Virus record (IMG/VR): IMGVR_UViG_3300029915_000003
Origin: a virus
DNA: 64,000 bases
Strand: one strand, 5' to 3'
Shown: positions 50,656-57,868 of the stretch, one piece after another
Numbering within the stretch: the stretch's first letter is position 1
How the letters are laid out: the number at the start of each line of letters is the position of its first letter
Made by a program: the position numbers and the translations under genes
The notes under the pieces: model-generated
Seen by the model: the letters and a program-made list of their open reading frames with translations, nothing else
Databases searched by the model: none
What the model was told of the DNA's origin: nothing

Positions 50656-50683
50656 TGACTTCTATTGAAAATACCGGTAATAT
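50655..50683 (+). promoter_or_regulatory. sigma70-type promoter, probably giving a leaderless mRNA
   Basis: TTGACT-17-TAATAT, 7 nt before ATG 50691. Confidence 0.65.
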
Positions 50684-50690
50684 ACCTTAT

Positions 50691-51275
50691 ATGAACAACA
50701 AAAAGCCTTTACTGGTTAACTTTATAGGGGCTCCAGCCAGTGGTAAGACCACCGTAGCTGCCCTCACCTTCGGTGCTCTTAAGGAAGCTTCGGTACCCTG
50801 CGAACTGCTTACAGAGGTAGCGAGGAAACACATAGTTGGTCTTAAATATGTTAATAGGTGGAGCAATCCCCCCTGGAATGGTATTTTAACCGATAGAGAC
50901 CAGAACGATATCTACATTGGCGAACTCTACCAAACAGAACGCTACGTTACGGTTTGTTCCCCAGAAACTGTTATAATTAGTGATTCCAGTCCAATAAATG
51001 CTATTATTTATAACCGTAGGTTGTCTAGTGACAAAATCATAATTAACGACTGGTTAGCTTACTGTAATCCCTTGTTCTTCTACTCCACCCCGGTACCTAA
51101 TAATTTGGACACCTTGGACTCCAACCGAGTCCACTCTATCGAACAAATACACAATGCAGACCGGGAGATCCCCGGAATTATAGAAGAGTTAGGGTTGGAA
51201 GTTATTACCCTTAATGGTAATTCCAACCAACGCCAACTTCAATGTCTTCATGCAATATATGACAGGTTGGCCTAA
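50691..51275 (+). CDS. NadR/Ttd14-type P-loop kinase/ATPase
   Basis: GAPASGKTT, TEVAR, IISDSSP, NRVH; start moved to ATG 50691. Confidence 0.75.
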   Translation: MNNKKPLLVNFIGAPASGKTTVAALTFGALKEASVPCELLTEVARKHIVGLKYVNRWSNPPWNGILTDRDQNDIYIGELYQTERYVTVCSPETVIISDSSPINAIIYNRRLSSDKIIINDWLAYCNPLFFYSTPVPNNLDTLDSNRVHSIEQIHNADREIPGIIEELGLEVITLNGNSNQRQLQCLHAIYDRLA

Positions 51276-51280
51276 ACCAG

Positions 51281-52759
51281 TTGTTATCAATAGTAGAACC
51301 CACCAGGGTTAATATAGATGAAAACGCTCCCATAGATGCCATTCGTAAGTATTTGGCATTTAAAGACATGGGTGTTTTATATCAAATAAAACAATTTAAA
51401 GCCAACAAGTGGTTATTGAAGAAAATAACCAACGAAGAGTGGAGTGAACGCCTACACTCCCTAGAGGCTCAAGTTGACCGTTCTGCTTTGTTTGAAGACT
51501 CGAATGGGTACTACACCTATAGTGGTTTAGCTGAAGATTTATCCCAGCAGTTTGGGCTGCATTTAACCAATACAATTAAATACACCAAACCAACTCCGTT
51601 GTCTTGGACCCATACTCCTCCAGATTTAAGGTACTTTCAAGAGGATGTAGTTAAGTTGTTTCTACAGCACAAACACGCTGCGGTTAATCTTGCCGTAGGT
51701 ATGGGGAAATCCTACATAGCCCTACATATAGCCCAAAGGCTAGGATTGAAAACCGTTGTAATGGTACCCTTTTCAGCTATAGCAAACCAATTGTACGCTA
51801 CGTTCACTAAACATCTCGGTAAATATAGGGTGGGCATGTTTGGGGACGGTCGCAAGGACACCAGTAAACTCATAACCATAGCCGTGGCTCAATCGTTGGT
51901 TAGGGTCGAGGAGGGAACACCCGAATGGGACGACCTGCAAGGGGTCAAGGTGCTCGTTTCAGATGAGTCCCATATGAACCCAGCCTCAACCCTGGAGGGT
52001 GTCTGTATGGGGCTCCTACGCAACGCAGAGTACCGTTTTGCTTTGTCTGGTACTCAGCTGCGTAGCGATGGTAGCGAAATTGTCCTTAAGGGTCTAGTAG
52101 GGCCTATTGTTTACAGTAAAAACATACAAGACGGAGTTAGAGAGGGTTTTCTAGCCAAACCCAAGTTTATTGTATATCGCTATAACAGCCAAGATCCCTA
52201 TCGCTCTGCCGATACCAACAAGATGACCCAAAAACATTTATACTTAAATCCGGATATAAACACCCTGGTTGCCAATATAGTAAACATCAGTTCTGGCAAG
52301 ATGGGTCAGTCCGTTTTGGTGTTAATTGATGAGTTTGGTCAATTTAATATGATTTACCCTCAATTTACATCAAATTTCAAATTTGCCCATGGGGGAGCCA
52401 CCAAGGCCAACAAAAAACACATTCCTCCTGAATTCTGGAAATCAGAACCATTGGATTTAATTGAAGAATTTAACCAGTTAAAGTTTCCGGTAATGGTTGG
52501 AACCTCTTGTTGCTCAACCGGAGCTGACTTTAAGGTGCCCAAAACCGTTATTTACCTAAGAGGGGGAAAGTCTGAAATAGATTTCACCCAAAGTCTAGGT
52601 AGAGGAGTAAGGAAATTTGATAATGGTACTTATAAGAAGGACTCCTTCACCTTTATTGATTTTTGGTGTCGGAACGTACCAGCCTTGGATCGTCACGCTA
52701 AGGCCAGAATAGCTTATATGAAAGCTATTGGTGGGGATATAAAGATTATTGATATTTAA
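51281..52759 (+). CDS. superfamily 2 DNA helicase (UvsW-like)
   Basis: LRYFQ, AVGMGKS, DESH, SGT, TGAD, QSLGRGVR. Confidence 0.9.
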   Translation: MLSIVEPTRVNIDENAPIDAIRKYLAFKDMGVLYQIKQFKANKWLLKKITNEEWSERLHSLEAQVDRSALFEDSNGYYTYSGLAEDLSQQFGLHLTNTIKYTKPTPLSWTHTPPDLRYFQEDVVKLFLQHKHAAVNLAVGMGKSYIALHIAQRLGLKTVVMVPFSAIANQLYATFTKHLGKYRVGMFGDGRKDTSKLITIAVAQSLVRVEEGTPEWDDLQGVKVLVSDESHMNPASTLEGVCMGLLRNAEYRFALSGTQLRSDGSEIVLKGLVGPIVYSKNIQDGVREGFLAKPKFIVYRYNSQDPYRSADTNKMTQKHLYLNPDINTLVANIVNISSGKMGQSVLVLIDEFGQFNMIYPQFTSNFKFAHGGATKANKKHIPPEFWKSEPLDLIEEFNQLKFPVMVGTSCCSTGADFKVPKTVIYLRGGKSEIDFTQSLGRGVRKFDNGTYKKDSFTFIDFWCRNVPALDRHAKARIAYMKAIGGDIKIIDI

Positions 52760-52768
52760 ATAAGATAC

Positions 52769-52796
52769 TTGACAATTGCTTTCTTTAGTATATACT
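52769..52796 (+). promoter_or_regulatory. sigma70-type promoter upstream of the sigma-factor operon
   Basis: TTGACA-16-TATACT, 10 nt before ATG 52807. Confidence 0.65.
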
Positions 52797-52806
52797 GGTA
52801 AAAAAA

Positions 52807-53154
52807 ATGAATATCGAACTAAAATTAATAGGTTATCACTTAACGGATGGTTCCAAGAAGGAATTTGAATGTCCTGGGTGTGGACTTTGGTATCCAACTA
52901 AAGAAAAAACCCTTAACTGTATCAAAAAGTTCCATTCAATGTCTAATGATTGGGAATACAAGAAGATAGAGGCTAATAATGGAGATATACTCCATATGGC
53001 TCAAGGCGTTGCTTCCAAGCCCAAATCAGAAGAAATTACCGATGAGTTCGACATAGTTAACAGTATGGCTAGTTCAGGAGAAGTTCCCCCAGAAGTAGTC
53101 AAAATACTCAAAAACCGTATACCTAAAAAGGCAACAAAAGGAAAGAACGAATAG
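52807..53154 (+). CDS. hypothetical zinc-finger protein
   Basis: FECPGCG...NCIKKFH. Confidence 0.55.
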   Translation: MNIELKLIGYHLTDGSKKEFECPGCGLWYPTKEKTLNCIKKFHSMSNDWEYKKIEANNGDILHMAQGVASKPKSEEITDEFDIVNSMASSGEVPPEVVKILKNRIPKKATKGKNE

Positions 53155-53160
53155 ATATTA

Positions 53161-55428
53161 ATGGCTTCATCTCAAGACCAGCATTTTGCTAACTTTCAAA
53201 AGATACTATCCTCCAAGATAGTTGCCTATGGAGAGCACCAAGGCTCTGAAAAGGACTTTATTAAGTCTCAAAAGAAGCAAGTTCTTAAGCTTTCAAAGCT
53301 GGAAGAGATGTTTCGTAAGGAACTATTACGAACTCCTCATGGTTTGCAGGTCTACATGGAATTTATCAACTTCATTAGGGATGACCGAAAGAATATATTA
53401 GATGCCAGACCTTACTTTCGTATAAGACAAGACGTGTTCACCAAGAAGGTATCCCCAGCCTTACGAACCAGGGATCCAAAGAACATACAAAAGTGTCATT
53501 TTAACTTTACCTTTATTTCATTTGCCATGAAATATGTAGTGTTATCACCCAATGACCCATTAACAGATATTTACGAAGAACTTAAAGAAGTAAGGAATAA
53601 GCTAATAGAAGTGAACACACCTTTGGCAATAGCCAGAAGCAGCCAATTCTATCGTAAAACTAAAAGAAATCACTTAACCCGCATGGACCTAATCCAGGTG
53701 GCGTTGGAAGGTTTGACTGCTGGAATAGACAAGTTTTGCGGTATTTACGACAATACCAAATACCGTCATATGCTTATAGGCAGAATTACGGGCAATCTAA
53801 TTGAGGCTTATTGTATTGACGAAAACACAATATTAAACCCAATAGGCCAGCCTCCAAAGAAGATTTCAGAGTTTATTCCTGGTGATAAGATTTTAGGAAT
53901 TGATGATTCTGGGGCTATTATAGAAACAGAAGTTGTAGCATTACACGATCATGGCGTCGTGGACGGCTATGAGGTTGAATTTGCCGATGGGTATAAGATA
54001 ATATGCTCAAAAAATCACAAATTCCTTACAGAAGAAGGTCAAATCCCAATTCACGAAATAGTATCCAGAGGCTTGGGTGTGCTTTGTGAGCCCACCAATG
54101 AAAACTGGTGGTTGGACAACTCATTGCCAAATGGTTCTACCGTCCAAGAGAAAGATGTATGCTCACAAAAAAGTATGTCCAATCTGCAAAACACTGGTAT
54201 ACGAGACCCGGCGCTCGAATGGGCTGAAACTAACCTTACATCAAACTCTAACCGAAGGATGGAAAAGTCTGTGCGGTCAGACTTTTCGAACACGTCGATT
54301 GTTTTACAGTCACAGAAAAAACTGTCAGGTTTGTCAAAAAGCCATATTGGAGGGACTTGTCGCAAGGGCCAAGAATTGGCGGAACAAGAACATGGAACGT
54401 GTTCTAGAGCACATGCGGAATATTTCGATAGCATTTCAGGAGTCTTTACAAAAAAGACCAGACCTAAAATCGAAACACACAGAAAAGGTGAAACAAGCTT
54501 CCATGGAATGGAGGTCGAAGAATCCAGAGGAATTCATCCTCAACATGAAAAAAGCCTGGGCCGCTCAGAAACCATCCAAGATGGAAGCGTGGTTACGGTC
54601 AAGCGGAACTATAACCTGGGACGATGTTCAAATCAGATGCGGAAAGGAAAGAAAGCAGGTGGACTTCGTTTCTCCGGATCACAAAATATGGGTAGAAGTG
54701 GATGGGAGCTTTCACTTCAAAGAAGTATCGACGAAGCCGTTGAAGCAGAGATTGCCAAAGATTCAGCAACGGGATGCCATGTTGAAGACGGAGGCCCTAT
54801 TGAGGAAAGATGTGACTTTGATCCGATTAGCGGCGGATTGTTTCTATGCGACTGGCATACTAAAAGAGCCTTGGAGGGTGTGGCTATCAAACATGCTCCT
54901 CTCACCTCGACCAGGGGTTTGGTGTTGCGGAAAGTTGTACGATTTAGCCCCATGGGCACAAGAAGGATGTACGATCTTGAGGTCGCCCACCCCAAACATA
55001 ACTTCCTTTTGCCTAACGGAATAGTTACTAGCAATTCCGAAACAATGGTTCATTTTTACCCAACAGACAAGAGAAAACTGTATAATGCAAACAAAGTAAT
55101 GAATAAATGTCGTACAGAGGATTTTCAAGAAATATCTGCCAGGGTAAATGATTTAGCTAAAGAGCATTTATACACCACTACCCCAGAAGAAGTAACACAT
55201 TTAGTGGCAGCTAGTAATCTAATTAATGCCGACTTCTCACCTCCCGCCCATTCCGGTGATAACCAAACCAAGACTATACAAGATACGATGCAGTATGCCG
55301 ATGTACCGGAAAAACAACCAGATATAGGTTATGAAGCACATGAATTGAGCGGCAAGTTAGCACAAGCAATACGCAAATTAACAGTATTTGAGCAAAAACT
55401 ACTAAGACTCAAGGGAATGGAATTTTAA
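53161..55428 (+). CDS. phage sigma70-family RNA polymerase sigma factor containing an intein; region 4.2 missing
   Basis: RNKLIEVNTPLAIARSSQF..MDLIQVALEGLTAGIDKF is region 2; ends LAQAIRKLTVFEQKLLRLKGMEF (region 4.1 only); 347-aa extein. Confidence 0.85.
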   Translation: MASSQDQHFANFQKILSSKIVAYGEHQGSEKDFIKSQKKQVLKLSKLEEMFRKELLRTPHGLQVYMEFINFIRDDRKNILDARPYFRIRQDVFTKKVSPALRTRDPKNIQKCHFNFTFISFAMKYVVLSPNDPLTDIYEELKEVRNKLIEVNTPLAIARSSQFYRKTKRNHLTRMDLIQVALEGLTAGIDKFCGIYDNTKYRHMLIGRITGNLIEAYCIDENTILNPIGQPPKKISEFIPGDKILGIDDSGAIIETEVVALHDHGVVDGYEVEFADGYKIICSKNHKFLTEEGQIPIHEIVSRGLGVLCEPTNENWWLDNSLPNGSTVQEKDVCSQKSMSNLQNTGIRDPALEWAETNLTSNSNRRMEKSVRSDFSNTSIVLQSQKKLSGLSKSHIGGTCRKGQELAEQEHGTCSRAHAEYFDSISGVFTKKTRPKIETHRKGETSFHGMEVEESRGIHPQHEKSLGRSETIQDGSVVTVKRNYNLGRCSNQMRKGKKAGGLRFSGSQNMGRSGWELSLQRSIDEAVEAEIAKDSATGCHVEDGGPIEERCDFDPISGGLFLCDWHTKRALEGVAIKHAPLTSTRGLVLRKVVRFSPMGTRRMYDLEVAHPKHNFLLPNGIVTSNSETMVHFYPTDKRKLYNANKVMNKCRTEDFQEISARVNDLAKEHLYTTTPEEVTHLVAASNLINADFSPPAHSGDNQTKTIQDTMQYADVPEKQPDIGYEAHELSGKLAQAIRKLTVFEQKLLRLKGMEF
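53812..55035 (+). mobile_element. intein (408 aa) in the sigma factor, with no in-frame endonuclease
   Basis: Y|CIDENT start, ICSKNHKFLT block B, MYDLEV..HNFLL block F, ends IVTSN|S. Confidence 0.9.
54077..55024 (+). CDS. Vsr/DUF559-like (PD-(D/E)XK fold) endonuclease overprinted in the +1 frame inside the sigma intein
   Basis: KPSKME..VDFVSPDHKIWVEVDGSFHF..QRD..VTLIRL; N-terminal CPIC, C..HRKNC and CQVC zinc-type motifs; AGAGG before GTG 54077 (alternative ATG 54098). Confidence 0.8.
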   Translation: MCFVSPPMKTGGWTTHCQMVLPSKRKMYAHKKVCPICKTLVYETRRSNGLKLTLHQTLTEGWKSLCGQTFRTRRLFYSHRKNCQVCQKAILEGLVARAKNWRNKNMERVLEHMRNISIAFQESLQKRPDLKSKHTEKVKQASMEWRSKNPEEFILNMKKAWAAQKPSKMEAWLRSSGTITWDDVQIRCGKERKQVDFVSPDHKIWVEVDGSFHFKEVSTKPLKQRLPKIQQRDAMLKTEALLRKDVTLIRLAADCFYATGILKEPWRVWLSNMLLSPRPGVWCCGKLYDLAPWAQEGCTILRSPTPNITSFCLTE

Positions 55429-55429
55429 T

Positions 55430-55825
55430 ATGGACAAACCTACTTTCGTTATAGATAATTTTACAGACGCAACGCCTGCTCCGGAATGGTTTAAATCACC
55501 TGAAGGTCCAGTTAATGGACAAACCAAAACTGTAGCTTTTACAGTGAATGGACAAATAGCGGTAGAACCTTTTCAGGCCACCACGACCCTTAAGACTGTT
55601 AAGAGGGGTGGTTTGAGGGTGTTAGACCAAACAATTAGCCTTATTAAGACCAAAGCCGTATTTGACTACAAGGATTCAGATCTAGAGGTTTGCAGAGGAG
55701 GAAGTATTTATCTCAAGGGGAATGTAGGATTCCAAGCTTGGGCCAAACAGGTTTATGAATACGAGGGGATTAAATTCGTATTAGTTCCAAAGACTGAAAT
55801 CGTAATGGTTAACAATAATGGCTAA
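55430..55825 (+). CDS. GroES/gp31-like co-chaperonin
   Basis: GQIAVEP..KRGGLRVL, LEVCRGGSIYL, YEGIKFVLVPKTEIVMV align by eye to GroES strands and mobile loop. Confidence 0.6.
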   Translation: MDKPTFVIDNFTDATPAPEWFKSPEGPVNGQTKTVAFTVNGQIAVEPFQATTTLKTVKRGGLRVLDQTISLIKTKAVFDYKDSDLEVCRGGSIYLKGNVGFQAWAKQVYEYEGIKFVLVPKTEIVMVNNNG

Positions 55826-56837
55826 TTATTTAGTAGTTGGAGATTATCATGCGGTAGCTACGGAGTTGGACGAGTGCGCTCGTCTGATGGAGCGAATTTA
55901 CAAACTCCAAGAAACCGATAAGTGGGATGGTATTGTATTCTTGGGAGACCAATATCACTCATTTGCTAATATAAACGCATATGTAATGGATTTTTGGACT
56001 AAATCATTTTCTGAACTAAAGACAAGATTTAAGGATGTGATAGCTCTGGTTGGTAATCACGACCAACCTGGAGACAATACGGATGAAGTCAAGATCCACT
56101 CCATGATTCCTCATAAATCACAAATTACAGTAATAGATAAGCCAACTATTATAGATAATATGCTGTTTATGCCTTATTATCACAAGGAGGAAACTTGGTT
56201 GAATCACTATAATGAGCAAAATCACTCTTCATTTCATACAGTTGTAGCACATCAAACATTCCAAGGGTGCATGTACGAAAACGGATTTTACGCCAAAGAT
56301 GGTTTTGGTGTAGAAAACGTCCAGCACAATATAATCAGCGGTCACATTCATAAATTCCAAGATCTACGTAACAATCAACATCCATACAAAATGATTTATC
56401 CTGGAAGTCCCCGTTGGAGAAATGTCAGTGATACAAATGAAGGTAAATCTCTTTTTGATTTACATGTAAATCAGGATACTTTCCAACTAGCAGAAGCGTT
56501 AGATACAAATGAGGTTTGCTCTAAAATGCATCATATTGAGTTTGTCGAACCAGAAAGCACCAACAAGTTTCTTCCTAAAATTAAGGATAACGATAGGATT
56601 GTAGTGGATATTAAAGGTTCAGAAGCTTATATTAAGTCTGTTTTACCAGAAATATCTACCTGGGCTACTAGAATCAGGGTGTTTCCACAAAATCAAAAGA
56701 AGGTAACCGTTTCCGAGCAAAAATCCATAGAGGAGAGCTTGAAGGATTTTCTTTCCAACATCAAGGCCCCCAACGGAACACATCCAGACTGTTTATTAAG
56801 TAACGTAAAACGGAGGTTACATGCAGAGGAAGAATAG
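55818..56837 (+). CDS. SbcD/Mre11/gp47-like nuclease
   Basis: GDYH, FLGD, GNHD, AHQ, SGHIH, YPGSP. Confidence 0.9.
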   Translation: MANYLVVGDYHAVATELDECARLMERIYKLQETDKWDGIVFLGDQYHSFANINAYVMDFWTKSFSELKTRFKDVIALVGNHDQPGDNTDEVKIHSMIPHKSQITVIDKPTIIDNMLFMPYYHKEETWLNHYNEQNHSSFHTVVAHQTFQGCMYENGFYAKDGFGVENVQHNIISGHIHKFQDLRNNQHPYKMIYPGSPRWRNVSDTNEGKSLFDLHVNQDTFQLAEALDTNEVCSKMHHIEFVEPESTNKFLPKIKDNDRIVVDIKGSEAYIKSVLPEISTWATRIRVFPQNQKKVTVSEQKSIEESLKDFLSNIKAPNGTHPDCLLSNVKRRLHAEEE

Positions 56838-57168
56838 AGAAGAACCAGAAGTAACACCTCAAGCTAAAGAGATTATTACCAAGATAAAATTGGCAATGGA
56901 TCTCTTTAGACGTACAGGTGTCTTACACGATGTGCTAGCAGAACAATTAAAGCATTTATGTAGGTTTTATCTATTGGACCAAATATCCAGACTAGACCGT
57001 CTTGAGTTGGATTACGATTTGGAGGATCCCGATTACCCAAGGAAGGTAATCTTTATAGTAAACTCACCTTCAAAAACCATTAAATGTCCGCCGTTATTAA
57101 AGAAATTCACTAAATACTTACTTGGTGAAGAGTTCAAAGTAATGGTAAAAGTAGAAAAGAAACCTTAA
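56821..57168 (+). CDS. hypothetical protein
   Basis: 115 aa, GGAGG RBS. Confidence 0.6.
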   Translation: MQRKNREEPEVTPQAKEIITKIKLAMDLFRRTGVLHDVLAEQLKHLCRFYLLDQISRLDRLELDYDLEDPDYPRKVIFIVNSPSKTIKCPPLLKKFTKYLLGEEFKVMVKVEKKP

Positions 57169-57169
57169 A

Positions 57170-57868
57170 ATGACCACCCTGACCCTCCCAGATTCAAAAC
57201 TAGCTCTATTGAGCGAAGGTGAACTAAAGGAATACGAAGATTTCCAACAATCGTTCCAAATGCCGCTGGCATACGATGTTGCGGAGGGATTCTACAAGAC
57301 ATTCGAAAAAGGTCGTACCTGCGAAGAGATATGCTCTGCAAACCTAGGTGTGGGGCTTGGATCTGTACTTGACGCTAGGATTAGGTTTAATTGGGATGCC
57401 CGGCGTGGACGCTATGAGTCTATGTTGGAATCTACCATGAAGTCAAAGTCACTTCATTCTCAGGCTACTGCTCTGAGTTTCGTTTCAGATCTTATAAGTG
57501 TAACCCAAATGAAACACCAAGAAGCCATTAATAACTATATGGCCACCAAGGATCCTAAGTTCTTAGAAAATACAATACAAATAACCAATGTTAGGGATTA
57601 CAAATGCCTCGTGGAAATTCAAATGTTACTTTCTGGCCCTCCCGGTGGCCCCATACCGGTTCCCGGCAATACAGTTGTATATAATCAACAATTAGTAAAT
57701 ATGCCGGGAAATGGTCAGCCTCCCATTACGGTAACAATTGAACCCGAGGACCACCGTAAGTTCTTAGCCGAAAAGGCAGAAGAAATCAGCAAAGCAGACG
57801 AGGAGAGGGCTCGTGTAGCGGCAGCTGTAAGGAAACACAAAAAGAATGCAGAATCAGAGAATGGCTAG
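57170..57868 (+). CDS. probable terminase small subunit
   Basis: Helical 232 aa directly upstream of terL; HTH-like segment followed by FNWDARR. Confidence 0.5.
   Translation: MTTLTLPDSKLALLSEGELKEYEDFQQSFQMPLAYDVAEGFYKTFEKGRTCEEICSANLGVGLGSVLDARIRFNWDARRGRYESMLESTMKSKSLHSQATALSFVSDLISVTQMKHQEAINNYMATKDPKFLENTIQITNVRDYKCLVEIQMLLSGPPGGPIPVPGNTVVYNQQLVNMPGNGQPPITVTIEPEDHRKFLAEKAEEISKADEERARVAAAVRKHKKNAESENG

Noticed and set aside
54051-55128. Minus-strand ORFs inside the sigma intein (54051..54434, 54717..55034, 54844..55128) as a third coding layer
   Set aside because: No recognisable motifs; antisense ORFs are expected in a region already constrained in two sense frames.
55421-55427. AATTTTA before the GroES-like gene as a late promoter
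   Set aside because: It is formed by the last codons and stop of the sigma gene and lies only 2 nt from the ATG, so it is probably coincidental.
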